Source: Octopus sinensis (Eukaryota). From it: a DNA stretch of 64,000 nucleotides. The DNA is taken from the NCBI RefSeq assembly GCF_006345805.1, contig NC_043000.1, positions 98,084,001 through 98,148,000 of the forward strand. The letters are read 5' to 3'. Positions 39,707 through 55,300 of the stretch are shown here, one piece after another; position 1 is the first letter of the stretch; the number at the start of each line of letters is the position of its first letter. A program made the translations under genes and the position numbers. Below the pieces are notes generated by a model. The model was not told the origin of the DNA, ran no database searches, and was given only the letters and a program-made list of their open reading frames with translations.

Positions 39707-42700
39707 TACACACACACACAAACCTGTATTTATTTTTTCTTTAGTGGAACAGATTTAAGTCTGCCCATCCCCAATGGGACATCAGGCAATGGCTTTCTTC
39801 CATTTCTCTTTTCCAGAATGGATAATTCTGTTCTTTTAACATGTTTGTTATTTCTGCAGTGTTGGATCATTTTAATCTATGAATGGGGATTGCCACTGTT
39901 ATGGAGTCATTTCTCCTCTAGAGGTTTCTTTCAGAGTTACCTACCTCATCTTTAACCTTTAGTTAAAATGCGTTATCTGTTTGTTATGCCATGCAGGAGC
40001 AGTTGTAGGGTATTGAACACTTCTTTATTGGATCTCCCTCAACAAGGCAGCTCATAGCATCTGTTGTAAGAAAAGCACACCTAGAAGTTAAGTTGACTAA
40101 CTGTTTAGGAGAAGCTGTATGTTTCCATATGAGTTAAACTAGTATGATAATACTTAGAGGAAGATTTAAAGTGAATACACTTAACTTAAGAAACACCAAT
40201 GAAGGAACTTGTAACTGGTTGTTGTTGTGGTTGTCTCAACAGAAGATAAATGTTGCAATGAGTTGAAGTGGCAGAATGGCTTTGATTTGAATTACCTTGA
40301 GATCTGAAATTTATTGGAGGAACTTGACCTCAACCAAATTTAGTAGAACAAATTGCATTCTATGTGGAATATAGTTCCATGCCAAATATGCTGTTTTATT
40401 AGACTCTCCTATATATAGATGGTCGTTTGACCTGTTATGAATAGCAACCAAGTCTTTTTTTCAGTTGTACTCTGTTATTTTAAAGAAGGGAAAGCTATAG
40501 GATAATATGTGGCCTAGACCCACTGTCTGAACAAAAAATGGGAGGTCACAGTTGGATTGCATTTTATCATAAACCTGCTCAATCAGAATTACTGTGATAA
40601 TATAAATCTCATTTACATACCTGTGTAGTATTAAACTGACTGAGTCATCAAAAGGTAAATTAAATATCTAGACCATGGAAATGTTACAGAAATGGTGACT
40701 AAATATTAACCATTAATCTTTCAGCTTGTAGGTCAATATTTAACTGTGAAGCAATGTCTTTCATTTAAGAAAGGCTACCCAGCTGCAGTGTTTTTACTGT
40801 CAAGCCAGTCATTCAATCTACTAGAAAATTATAAAAGAAAAAAAAATAGCAGCCAAATCACACTTAGATTATACTCTACTGTTGTAAGAAAAGTACATTG
40901 TGGAAAATGTAGTCTTTGGCACGAGGTGTAGAAAAATAAATGAAAGAAAAGGATGATCATGACCAAAACATTTTGTATGAAAAACTTGCTGCTTGATCAA
41001 CACTGACCTACAGCTAAACATTTACTTTTTCTTGCTCTAGCTTTTATACTTTTTACATATACCTCCATTACCATTTAGACACACACCTAAGAGAAACTAG
41101 CTACTATACTGAAGAACCTCCTAGTGGTTCAAAATTTCATGGATTATCCTACTATTAATTATTGTAAAATTTGCACTTTGTTTTTTGTTTTGTTTTTTTG
41201 TTCAAGATTTTTAAGTTTAAAAATTGTTTGAGAACTATATATTACCCAATTTTCCATCCCCTTATTCAGGATGGAACATGTTACATCTGTTGTCTATGCT
41301 AAAATATTGAAATGAATGAAAAATATAATGTTAAACTGAAGCAGCAAAACAATGAAATGTACTTAGTATTTGTGTGTATATATAGAATGCTACAAGGATA
41401 TGCACTTCTTAAATTTTTGTGTTTCAATAAGCCTTTATGATTGTTATAATACATTAAAACATTCATTATATTTCATAAGTCTACCCTTAAGTGCACCTCA
41501 CTCAACTTTGTTCACTATCAATTGATTCTGAAGTAAAATATATGACTGAAACCAAACCACCAAAACAACAAAATATACTTAGTTGCTGATTATATACTGC
41601 TACTTATTTCAGTTTGTTTATTTTTTTATATATCCTGCTACAAAACATACTTTAAAAAAATTTATTGGTGTTTAAATAACCTGATACAATAGATAGTAAC
41701 ACAAAGACGTTCCAGTCATGACTATCCAATCAGTGTCTATTTAATACAGATGCTGAAGATGTTAAAAATCATTTAATATACAGACAATTTAAGGCGGTGT
41801 GCTGGCAGAATTGTTACCACACTGGGCAAACTGCTTAGCAGTATTCTGTCTGTCTTTACATTCTGGGTTCAAATTCAGCGGGGATCAACTCTGCCTTTTT
41901 GGGATTGATAAAAATAAGTACCTGTTGAACACCCCACACTCCCCACATCCCTGAAATTGCTGGCCTTGTGTCAAAATCTGAAATCAATATTTATTTTTAT
42001 TTTATTTTATTTTATCTAGTTTCAGCTCACGAGCTGTGGCCATGCTGGGGCACCGCCATATTAGAAACAGTCTATTAAAAAATATTTAATTTTTTTAGTG
42101 GTGACCACCACTCCTATAGATATGTGCTTATACTTGGTACTTTGGCTTGGTTTCTATGGCTTGATGTTCTTCCTATCACCAACCACTTCATAGAGTGTAC
42201 CGAGTACATTTTCTCATGGCACCAACTCTAAATTGGTTGAATAGTCCTCAGCAAGAAAAGACTAATTTGCCAACCACTTTACAATGTGTAGCGAGTGCAT
42301 TTTATCAGAGCACCAGCATTAGTGAGGTTGTCTCAAACAAATATATCTAAAGGCTAGTTTTCAAAAACAAGAAGAAAAAAAGGAAAGAAGAGTCAAGTAA
42401 ATTATTTGAAACTAGTTATTTCTATGGATAAGGTTATTTACTGTTTTAGTTTGCTCAACACTATTACTAAAAACAGACTATTTATTAAGCTAGCTAGCAC
42501 ATTGAAAGTAAGACATTTCATATTAAATATAAAGGAGGTGGGGTGGAGACTGATAGACATGTATGCGCTTGTTACTACATAAGTACCTGAATTTTGGGTT
42601 GTCTGGAAAGTTCGTACCGATTTTTAAAGAAAAGAAAATGGTCAATAAATACTTGTCATTACATTTTTAATCAACCATATATGAACTATTTTGTTGCACA

Positions 42701-45700
42701 ATGCGTCTCCATTTTTCCTTTAACTTGGAAATACACTCTTCCCAGAATTGAGGGGGTTTCATGGCAAAGAATTCATCAAGGTATCTTTTTACGTCATCCA
42801 AGGAATTGAAATTTTTACCATCAAGACTATTCTGCAGAGACCTGAATAAGTGGAAATTCGAAGGAGCAATATCTGGTGAATATGGAAGGTGAGGTAACAC
42901 ATTCCAGCCAAGCTGCAGCAATTTTTGTCTGGTTCCCAAAGTATCAAGTGCCGAAAATGAACTTTCTTATCTTCCATTTTAAAGGGTTGCAAAATTAACA
43001 CAGTTTATAGGAACATAAACCTTCTTCCATGAAAAGATAGCTTGAACTGTACTCCTCTAAATGGAGGTGTAGTCAAATCCTATTTTATGGGCTCAACCAT
43101 GTTCTAAAATAAGTCGAAAGGTAAGCTACTATAAATCGGCACGAACTTTCCGGACAACCCAATAATTAGTGAAAATACATTTACATGACTCCAAGCCATA
43201 CTTGCTCATGTGTGATGGCTTGTTATATTTATTTGTTTTGATAATCCAAGAAAAGCAAGTTATCCTTTTTAGATTGCTCATTGTGCTAGTTTAATTCTCA
43301 GTTCCCTTCATCCCACCCACCTTCTTTCAGAGTGAATGTGGTATTATGCTTGAGGCATGTTTTTGTCTGACATTTCACTGCTCAAAGATAGTTGTGCACA
43401 TTGTACGTGTATGCATATTATTCACAAACAAATATATTCCTGTGAATTTGTTTCTCCTGAAGTCCTGCTTCTCTGTCAGCATGACTGAGATCTCCCTACA
43501 CTTTTGTATGGTTGTGGAAATGCATGATAGTGGTTATAATATAACTCCTTGACTGTATTTAACTCTTTTGTTCCAATATTTTTTGTTAAAATACTCTGCT
43601 TTGGTTTTAGTTAATTTTGATGACTGGAACATCAGTTAGCATGAAATCTATATATATAAAACTGTAGTTGTGTGAGTGTCTGTCCCCTTTGATTTAGATT
43701 CCTAACTACTCCCACATTTTGCGGTGCAGTTTAACCAAATTCGGGTATCTTATAGTCGTGATTCATATCAAGCCCGTCTGAGTATTAGAGCGCGTCTACG
43801 ATGAGTCTACGATTTTAAAAATAATTTAACATCATTTTTTATTCCATTTTAATGCATAATTTTTCGTGTGTCGATGGCGGCGGAGTTGGCGTCCATGGTC
43901 ACACCTGCACCTGTTTGCTTCTCCCCCTTGTGAAGCTGTGGGGAAGGGAGTGTAAGGAAATTAATGTCGTAAAGCGTTGTCAAGGAGACCAGCGTTCTTT
44001 TAGAACAACGACTTCATGGCTTGAAGACACCAAAACAGAAATGGCTAAGAAAGCCCGAATTGGCATCTATAAGGGAAGTAACTCTCTAAAAATGCTTATA
44101 TAGTTATTTCCCTTACAAACCCGAGCAACGCCGGGCGATACTGCTAGTTTTATATAAAGTTCTGATTTGGATCACTTTAGAACAGATAATTTGTATCACA
44201 GAACCAGAGGCAATCTTAAGCAGATTGATATCAAAAGGGTTGTAACATATTAAATCTCAATGGTAAATACTATAGTTAATATAGTTTTTGTTTTATCTCT
44301 GGTTATTTATTTAGTGTCCATAGATTTAGTAGACAGGATGATCACATCAAAGTTGTCTTCACTACAACAGAATCAACAGAATTGAGATCCTAAAACCAAG
44401 GTGTCACATAAAAAGCACCCACTCTGTAATGTGATTGGTATTAGGAAGGGCATCCAGTCATAGAAACCAAGCCAAAACAGGCTATGAAACCTGGTGGGTG
44501 TGGCCCCTGACCTTACCAGTTCTTGTCAAGCTGTCCAACCCATGCCAGCATGGAAAACACATTAAATGTTAATGATGATGATGATGATGATGATCTTTAA
44601 AGGGGTTACCATTTATTTATCTTATGGTATAGAACTAAGGCGGCGAGCTGGCAGAATCATTAGCACGCCGGGCGAAATGCTTAGCGGTATTTCGTCTGCC
44701 GCTACGTTCTGAGTTCAAATTCTGCCGAGTTCAACTTCACCCATCATCCTTTCGGGGTCGATAAATTAAGTACCAGTTACGCACTGGGGTCGATATAATC
44801 AACTTAATCCGTTTGTCTGTCCTTGTTTGTCCTTTCTGTGTTTAGCCCCTTGTGGGTAGTAAAGAAATAGGTATAGAACTAAGCCGAATCCATATGTAGG
44901 AATCTTACAAACTAAATATGTATTATCATTTGAATGGCTGTTACTGAACAGTTACTTTACTGGTTTATATGGATCCAGATCTTGAGTTGAAATCTTATCA
45001 TAATCTGTGTTTTCCTTAGAATTCTCTTCATCCAGCATGCATTTTTAATTTACTGTTTAACAGTTGTTAACGCTGTAAGCTTGTAGTATTAATTGGCATT
45101 TTAATTCATTTAATTTCATAAAAGCATAATATATAAAAGCATTAATAATTATCCGTGGGGGATTGTTCTATATTAAAAAATATTTTATGTATAAACTTTC
45201 TCTGATGAAGGATTGTTTTCATCAGTGAATAAATGTATACACTTTTACTTGGAATAAGTAATTATTTTAGTTTCCTTCTTCATTTAAAAAAAAAATTATT
45301 TATTCATTTCTACTCTTATTACATAATTTTATTAAAAATCTAATTTAAAATTGGACCACCAACAGAGTATAAGTCAGTAATCAGCTGGATTAATAGGAAG
45401 GGGAAGTAATTTAGTATATACAAAGAAATCTAGGACTAAAGTACAGAATACCGGAGTAGTTTTGTCTGGGTATCATTAACTTAATTTCATGTTTTCAGAA
45501 CAAAATTCTTAAGGTTAAAAGAAAATCCAGGCCTAATATTTGCAAACTATTTCAGACTATTCTTAAAATTCAACAGTAGATACAAATATGCTAGGTTCTC
45601 ACATATGTAATATAGGGAGCAGAAAGTATCAATTAACATAAATTATCTAAGTAATTAATGGATAAAACCTTTCCCTCTAGGTCTTTAAAAACAGTCACAG

Positions 45701-46284
45701 GAGATAGCTCCAACAAATTGAGAAAGAAAAAAATTGAACAAACAATATGGTAAGGGGGTGGATCTGGTGAAAGTAAGACATATTTCAGTATCATTGAAAC
45801 CTCCTCAGTAAAGCATTTTTCTACTCCATTAGCAAATCTGAGAGTGATTTATTTTCATATGAAATGATGCAGATTATGAATATCAATGTGTGAGGGAAAT
45901 ACTTTATGAGAGCATGCTGCATACTAAATACAAATATGGTAGGGTCTTACGTATGTATTCTAGTGAGTGGGAAAACTTTGATTGGTTTAGATTACCCAAA
46001 CAATAAGCAAACAAAATTAATATACCATTCTACCTTTTACGTTTTACTTGTTTCTGTCATTAGACTAAAGCCATGGTGGGATACTGTCTTGAAGAATTTT
46101 AGATGAATGAATCGACCCCAGTTTTTTTTTTTTATCTTGATACCTATTCTATCAGTCCTTTTTGCCAAACCACTATGTTATGGCGATGTAAACACACCAA
46201 CACCAGTTGTTCAGTGGTGGTGGGGGACACAGACACACGCATGCATGTGTGCACACATGCACACGCATGCATGTGTGCACACAT

Positions 46285-46325
<41 letters not shown>

Positions 46326-49300
46326 ACAGGTTTCTTTCAGTTTCTGTCTATCAAATCTACTCACAAGGCTTTGGTTGACTCGAAGCTTTAGTAAAAGACA
46401 CTTGTTCAAGGTGACATGCAGTGGGAGTGAAACTGGAACCGTGTGGTTGTGAAGTAAACTTCTTACGACACAGTCACGCTTGCGTTTATATGATAAAGTT
46501 TATAACAAAAGTCTCATGATATGAGCTAAATGTTTGACCTGTGAACTATTCCAAACAGTTTGTGTGATTTATAACTGGGACAAAAGTATCATTAAAATGA
46601 ATGACTGATTCATATAAGGTATATACTACAAATGTCACCAGCAGTTTCCTACAAACAAAATGTAACTGTAATTCTCAGTAGATTATTGGGTATCCCAGAA
46701 GACTGTTCTTACAAGACAAGCTGAAATACATGCAAGAAGAAAGACAAGGAGAAGTAGGATGAAATTAAAGGTAGCATGGTGTCAAAAAAATGGTTATGGG
46801 GAAACAAAGAGAAGGTTCTTGAAGTTTATAATAGTAAAAGTCCAAAATAAATGTCCCTTACAAGAAAGAGATTTGGCCTTCTGATTAAGAAGTTCATTTC
46901 ACAATCACATGTTTCATCCGACTGCACTGCACCCTAAATAACTGTCTTCTATAGCTTTGGGTCACACTTTTGAGTAACATTGGGTTGACAGGCCTGTTGG
47001 ATGGACTCTACCTGTTCTTAAGTAGTAGATGTGATCCATTGTTTGGTTTAACACTATAACTTATCCCTTAGGTGCCTTTAGTGGGGTCAACTCACTCAAA
47101 ATATTAACCTGGAGATAATAGAATATTATGATGTGCTATTTCTTGCGAAAAAATTCCTCTGAGTGGCAGTTTCTTTTTCCTTTGGCTAATTTGTAAAAAT
47201 AAAATGTGGTTAAAATAATAAGAATGCTAGTTGAGCTGGTGTTTGAAGAATTTGAATACATTGCTTATATTTATTGTTTATAATAGGGCAAGGAATTTCA
47301 GATTTGTCATAAAGTCTCAGTGTTAGGGTTAGGGTTTCAAAAATCATGATTCTTGTTATCAAACATTACAAGCATCACTTCTTTGTATAATATTGTATTT
47401 TGCTCTCATGGTCATGGATTTCAGCTCCCACCCACATCAAAGGTATATGGTAGAGGATAGATTGGCAGAAGTGACAGATCAACACCAATGTTAGAAATTT
47501 GTAGCTGTGCCAGTGACATGTAAAAGCACCTGTGCTGGTGACACATAAAAGGCACCTACTACACTCTTAGGAAGGGCATCTAACCAGAGAAACCAAGCTG
47601 AATTTAGACTGGAATCTGGTGTAGTTCTCCTGCTTACCAGTTCCAGTCAAGCCATCTAACACATGCCAGCATGGAAAGCAGACATTAAATGGTGATGATG
47701 ATTTGTTTAACTGAAATAATCACTTCCTAAATCTGTTGAAGTTCGTATATTTGGAATGTTTATGAGAAGCAAGTGTACTAGAAGGAAAGTCAAAATGACC
47801 AATAGATAGGAGAGAGAATTAAGAGATTGTGTAGAATTTGAAAATTCTTTTACATTTTTTTCAATCAGCTGGTGTATTGTTTTTAAGAGCAATAAGCTGA
47901 AAATACTTCGTCAGTATTTGCTAAAATATTTCTTAAGCCTACCACCATTATTTGCCAGATCTCAATGATTGTTTTTCCAATAACAGAAGGCAGAATTTGA
48001 ACATTGGATGCACAGAACTAGAAAAGATAACATAAAGCATCCTGTTTGATGCTCTCAAATTCTGCAAGTTCGCCACCATGGGCTAGTACTATATTTATCA
48101 ACCAACCCTGAAAAGATGAAAAGCAAAATTGAGTTGGTAGGATCTGAACTCAGATAGCAAAGGAACAGAACAAATATTGCAAAGCAGTGTATCTGATGCC
48201 TTTGACCACTATGTAGAATAGAGAATTATGGTCTGGATAAAGTGTACATACCTAAAGGAAAACAATAGAAACCACCTCTCCATGTCATTGAAGTCACCAC
48301 ACCATTCACAACTTGATGGCACAGAAAGAAAGTGTAATTTGAGGGAGATTTGACTGCTATTTCTAAATAGTTATTCACTCAGAAGGATGAAAGGCAAAAT
48401 TTATACTCAGAACAGAAAGGAACATAACCAAACACCACTCAATATTTTGTCCCATTTTCTTGCCTTTCCATGTCCACATATCCTCCCATCATGCTTCAGA
48501 AGCAGATATTTTGTTATTGCTTTGTAAGGATGTTGGTAGCATGATAGTTCAAATGTGAAAAGAAGCTTGGAGAAGTTTATTAAGTTTTTGCTCTTATTAA
48601 CAGACTGAGAAGTCTCAAATAGAAGGTAAATTGCAGGGAACATAAGTCATTTTAACCTCTAACTATATATCATCTGTAAACTAATTAATTGTTCTTGTAT
48701 TTACAGGTGTAATACTGATGATAACTGGTCTATCAGTAATGATACTACTCTCTATGTGCTCTGATATTAAATCCCCTGTCACCCATTCAGGCCCTTTGTT
48801 GGTATTTGTTGGTGCCCTTATTGTCTATATTCAACCCAGTTGGTCAGTCAGTTGGTATGTATATCATTATTTCATTTTATTTTTCTTCCCTTTTTCCCTT
48901 TCTTATATTTTTTCATCTATCATTGTTGTTCCTAATTGACAAAATATTTTATCTAAAAACAGCTTTCCAAAGATGAGGTTTTTTTCTCTTAAACACATAG
49001 ACCTTATATCTACAAATTTACATCTCTACTTCTCCAAAGATAGTTACTCGCTTCAAATATTTAGGCATGTCATAAGGTATATTTATATTTCAACCATTTT
49101 TATTGACTCAGACTAGAGAAACAGATTGCATGGACGTTTTGATAAGTGATAGATTTGGAGAAGTGAATGAGATCAAGGGTATTTGGAGTGGTTATATGTC
49201 AGTCCGAACACATGAAGACTGCAAAACTAATTGATGCAAAGATCTGAAGGTTGCAAAAGATTTGATTTCTGCACTGGCAGCATCATTATAGGAAGAACAT

Positions 49301-52300
49301 GAGAGTCAAGAAGAGTTATGAGCATTGAAGTCACTAAGGTTGATGATTTCATAGAAGGGTGAGTTGAGATAGATGTCTTTGATACAGGAAGAGATATGGC
49401 CAAAAAATTGTTGATGGTTGGACCGCGGAGATAAGGAGTAAAAAATTTGTCTCAAAGAGGAAAAGAATGTGCAACTTGTTTGTCAGAAGTGATGTGTGAA
49501 GTATAAACTGGATCAGAGACTGGTTATCAACCCCAGTGAAGGGACAATTGTCCAATGAGTTTAATGTTATAGTTTTTCTGTTTGAATTGCACAACTGTTT
49601 GAGATATTAGTCTGACAAAGAGTAAGCCTTGGTACAATCTCTGTGGTGGCTCATCTGCTAGATTTGAATGCCAAATTTCTTTCTAAAATCACACCTATAA
49701 ACTTAAGGGAAGGTACATTGGAGATTTTGTATATCAGAGACAGCATAGTACCTGATACATACAAAGTTTGGATGGACATATCTCTTTGGTCACATGCATT
49801 GTGGGTCTTCTTAGTCAGAGAGGGCTTGGGATTAAACAGTTGCAACAACAACATATACCAATAGTAATATATTGGGTTTAATTCAATCAACTATATTCAT
49901 CACATTTTACAACTATAGCAATTGGAATTTGGGCCTTGCCAAAAATAATTGAATTTGTTAGCTATGTTAATTTCTTACAAAGGCACAAGGCCACAGAGTG
50001 TATACATAATTTAGAGAATGTTGACCTAAGTACTTGATCAACATTTTATCTTATCACCCTCTGGAAGGAAGAAGATCAAAGATTACTTCTGCAGGATTCA
50101 AATTCAGAATATAACGGAGTAAAACTAAATCCTGCAATGTATTTTGTCTTGTGATTTCTCAATCCTACTGAGCCACCTCCGTAAATTTATTGAATATATT
50201 GATTTCTAATGTAGACATAAGACCTCACATGTGGGGAGTGAGATATAACTGATTATACCATACCAACCTTGGTACTTAACTGATACTTTAATTTATCATT
50301 CCTTCTCTTTAAAAAAATGGCTCTCTTTGTGAGATTTTCAGTCTAAATTTGTTGATATATTATCAATGTACTTGATAACTTTTTTTGTTTTGCTTGTTTT
50401 TCAACAATAGTTTTTAAAAAAATTTTTGTCCAATATATATGCTTAGCCCTTTATCTTTTTCTTACTTTTCAACAACAGGCTGTCTGTCTTGCAGTGGGGA
50501 AATATTATCAGTGTGCTGTGTATGGTGCTTCTCTTTTTATACACCAAGCCACTACCACTTGCTGTCGTTATGTCAATATCAGCTGCCATCTCTGTATGTC
50601 CAACTTACAGTGTTATCATGCAAAAGGTAAGATCATAGCAGGAATGGGAATAAGACACATACACGCATATACTCGGATAAACACATACAAATAAAGTAAA
50701 CTAGAACTTGAGCTGCATTGATGAGTATTCAGTTATGCAATAAACTGAACTGCCTACTTATTTGTGCTATACAGTTAGTGGTTGAGTATTCCATAGATGC
50801 TTGTGACTTTAATATAATCCTAAGGTTGAATCAGTGTAACACAGTGTGTGATACAGTTGACCCTTTCAACTGCAGATAAAATCCATCAGATAGGCTTCCA
50901 AATAGTTTCCATCTGTCCAGCTTCACTTACAAATCTTGGATCTGGTCAGCTTGAGGCTATGGTAGAAAACATTTGCCCAAGATGCTTCATAATGGGATTG
51001 AACTTGGGACTCCATTGGTTGCAAAGTAAGCTTCTTAATCAGCTGCAGAGCTGAGGAAGACCCAAGGCAGTGTGTGAGCACAAGGCAGAATGAGAGAGAG
51101 ACATACATACAATACAAACATAAATGAACACATTTCATATTGTGCGAAAATGTTGTTTTGGGAAAATGAGAAATTAAGTCTGAAGAAAGTGCAAAATATA
51201 TTGTCTTCTAAAGCATGAAAGTGTTTGAAAACCTAAAAAGTTAATATATCTTGTTTCTCTGTATGTTTTATCAACAGTTTTACATCAGAACCAGCTTAAG
51301 TGAAGGCTTACACCTACTCTATATCCTGATATGTAGTTGTGTTCTCTCTTTTATCACAACTGTCGTCAAATGGCGAACTGCTGGAAAATCCTTTGAGAAG
51401 AATATTTCTTTTCTGTAAGTATTACACAGAAATTCCTTCTTTCTGCAACCTGTTCTTTGCTTGGGAATTGTATTTTTTTTCTCTTTAAATAACTAAATAC
51501 AGAAGTATAGCAAATACTAAATGTTCTTTAAGAAAATTGTGAATATCACTTGATTTCTGCTTTTTGTTATTTTAATATTATTTTATTCTGTATTTGTTGC
51601 TGCTGTTTTACCTAAGATCATCCCCTATTGAGTTAATCCATGATCAAATATGTTCGGGCTGTGATCATTTTGGTTTTGTTTAAGATATAATGTGTCTAGG
51701 TCTACATTATTCTGGTTTCACATGTCAACTTCATTTTCTAAGATGGAAGGTATAATTTGAGTGAGATTTGGCTGCTATTTGCTTTTTTACTGATTGAGGA
51801 ATCGCTTAGAGCACTCTGTGTATGGAAGCATGTATGTTGTGCAAGTACTGTAAAATTCTTGATCCAACTCTGCTACACAAGCTTGATTGCTATTTTACTT
51901 CAGTTGTTATCTAGTCCTGATTCAGTTGAATTATAATAAAATGTATTCCAGTCCTGACCGTCTCGTCTTTTTGTTTTCAGGTATAGTGTATATGATCTAT
52001 CATTTATTTAAATTAGTGCTAACACATTTAATGCAGGGAGCATCGAAAAGTTAGCTAAAAATATGTAGGCTATGGTTTAATATAGTTTTCAGGTTTAACT
52101 AAGTAAGGGAGATAACTCTAGACATCCTCTGCGTCTTTACAGTTTTTAATGATAGATTCTTTTGTTGGCTGCTATAGAAGAGATAGAGAGAAACAGGAGA
52201 AGGGAGGAGAGAGAGGGGAATAGCTCATCTGCAAGCTAATTAAAGTGGATTGCCAGAATCTTTAGTAATCAATTGAATGGCTTTCTTTTGAGGGTTATCC

Positions 52301-55300
52301 AGGAGCAACTGAATCTGTGGTGAATTATTTTCTGGGTTCAGAGACAAATCTCTCTCTTTTGCAGAATTTAAATATTTTACTGCATATAGCAAGGAATTGA
52401 TACTGTTGAATATTTTCCTGAATTTAAGAGATTGCTTTAAAGTACCTGTGACATGTGGAAATGAATGGTAAAACAAAAGCATTCCAGTAATGAATAGACA
52501 CGTGATAAGAATGGATTATGTATGTTAGGAAAAAGCACACTGTAATAATTTATTAGAGGCTAGCTAAGAAAAGGCAGGAGGACGTGAGTTTGTTTGAATC
52601 CAATTTTTAAATATTGGGTTTCTCTGATGATAAGAATATCATAGAAACCATGCCTATATGAAGAAATTTTGTAGCATGAACACTTAAATGATAGTGAAAA
52701 TAATTTATTAGTGTCAAATACTTTAGTGACAGAGGCTTAAAACCGTGTGATGTTCACACTTTTTTCTCCATGGATTAACAATGTTGCTGAGGAGAAATGG
52801 TTTTGCGGATTAACAGTGTAGCTGAAGAGGAATGGCTTTGTAAAGAAACTGAAAGCAGTTCATGTACTAGCTTTCAGGCATTTTGTTTCACTCCTGCAGT
52901 TTCCATCCATAATGATACTTACTTAAGCCTTTCACATCTATGTTCTCAAATCTGGGATGTCTTTTTTGCTTCTTTTATGTTCAATCTCTACTTTTTCAGC
53001 TCACTATTGGTCTCCAACCTTCAGCTATTTTTAGAGTGTCCTCTCTTCCACATCCTAATGGTCAGAAGGCATTGTCGGCTTTGTACCTTCTTTTCAGCTT
53101 TTGCTGCACTATGTTAACTGTTTCCTTGAAGGAAGGCCTTCCTCTCTCAGATCTTGTTGGCTTTGAATCATTATCAATATTTCTGTAACTTTGCATTTTT
53201 CTTAATGTTGGCCCTAGAGGTAATCATCCCAAGTAAACCTATTTTTACCTCCAGGAAGTGGTGGTCAATATTAATCTGTCCTCTATCCTTTGACTTGCAT
53301 TTTGTTGGCATAACTCTCAGGTTCATTGAGTCATACAAGTTACCACACTACAGCAAGGACTGGACCTTGTATGACATTATAATGCTGGTAATTATAATTA
53401 TTACTATGATGATTTGTTCCAGAAATTAATATATTTTCTTAATCACTCTTCTTACAGGTGTAGTTGTATGGCAGTCTTTGGTACTTTAATCATTGGATTT
53501 GATTACTTTACAATCACTTCAGAGAACTTGACTTACAGAGCATGTTGGCAGGTGCTAAGTTTTTCTGGTTGTGTTGTCAGCATCTCACTTCGTCTCATTG
53601 GAAACAAAGTTAAGGTAAATAAGCTAAATAAATTTTATTTTACAAAAAGAAAATAAATAAAATTAAATATTTGTTTACTGGATATATTTTGATGGGGTCA
53701 GGTGTGCCACTTTTCAGGGACCTGCAGTCTAATTTCATTTTGTCTAACCAGAACAGAGAAGGTGAATTCTAATTTGCTCGATCTCCATTAGTTTCAACAA
53801 AGAGTGTTTCAGTTGTTTAACCAACTGAATTACCTGCTCGTTTAATTAGCATGTATATGGCTGAGTATTCCACAAACGCTTGTTCCCTTAACCCTTTTGT
53901 TACCATATTTCTGTTGAGATGCTCTTGTTGTTTTCAATTAATTTTAAATACAACAAAGAATTTAGTAAAATAACTTAGTCATCATTAAGCTAGTGTTAGG
54001 AACATGAATTGTGACTACAATCTGGTGGAAGATTTTAATTCAGAACTTTTGAAAACAAGACATTTGTGCTATAGTGCCACACACACACACTACTTTGGAT
54101 GAATGTCAGTGCCTTTAGATGAGTGCTAGACCTGCTAGAAGTAGCAACAAAATCTCCCTTAAAACACATGCTACTCTCCAGTCATGGCTGGAGCATCATT
54201 GTTCATAAGTCTGCTGAATCAGGACAGAGCTGGAGTTAAACAACACCACCACCTTAGCAACAACCTGTCCATGATTTTCAGATGTTTTGAAGAATATTCT
54301 CTGTCATGCCAAATCGCAGCCTACTGGTAAATGCACACTACATATACTTTAATTATATGTGGTCAATAGTGTTTATTACATTAATGCTGCTTCTATATCA
54401 TATTTAAATTTATTCTTGTGTATGCATTGTTGGGGCATATCAGCACATAGTTTTTACACCATATGAACATAAGGCTTGGACTGGCAATATGATTCATCTC
54501 TGATTCAGTTTGGGTAAATGATGTTGATAAACCACAAAAATGGTAAAACATCAATGTCCATTTCTCCTGGATGGGATTTGAGGTGAGTTATCACACCTGT
54601 CCATGACTTCAGGTGTTTTAACATCCACTACTTTGAGATAGTATTCTCCACCACACCAAATAGAAGTCAACTGGCAAATACACAAATTATATACGTTAAG
54701 TATATGTGGTTAATAATGTTTATTGCGCTAGTGTAGCCTCTATTTCACATTTAAATAACACTTAGTATATTTTGACAAACTATTTTCATTTTTGTTCTAT
54801 TTTCTCTTTTTCAGCAAGAAATATTGGTCAATGAGACAAATGATAAATCTTATCCATTACTTCCCATTCTTGGAAATATAGCTGCCATTGTTTCTTACCT
54901 TGTTCTTTGCATGCTGTCACCTGCTACTGGCTTCTTAAGAGATGTTTGGGTAAGATTATTATTGTTGTTGTGTCCACAATATGAGCAACTGATCTATCAA
55001 CCACCAAGTGTCCCACAAACTTTATTTTCCACATTAAATTCTGATATTATCTACATTACCTGAAAGATATCTAGAAAATGTTCTCTATAAAATAGCCTTT
55101 TTTATGAAAGTTATGAGGAAGTAAAATTTGGTGTGTGAATTATCTGAAACTCTTCCCATCACTTCTGACGAAAATTTTCACAACAAATTCCAATTTAATC
55201 AGAATCTACACTGCCCGAAGCAATATTCTGGAAAATTTCACCAAAAAAATATCCATTTTTCAGAAAGTTATGAGGAAACAAAGTCAGTGACATGCACACT

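Noticed and set aside
45203-45226. CTGATGAA...TTCATCAG hairpin as a hammerhead
   Set aside because: No GAAA core half follows. It is just an 8-bp inverted repeat or a degenerate relic.
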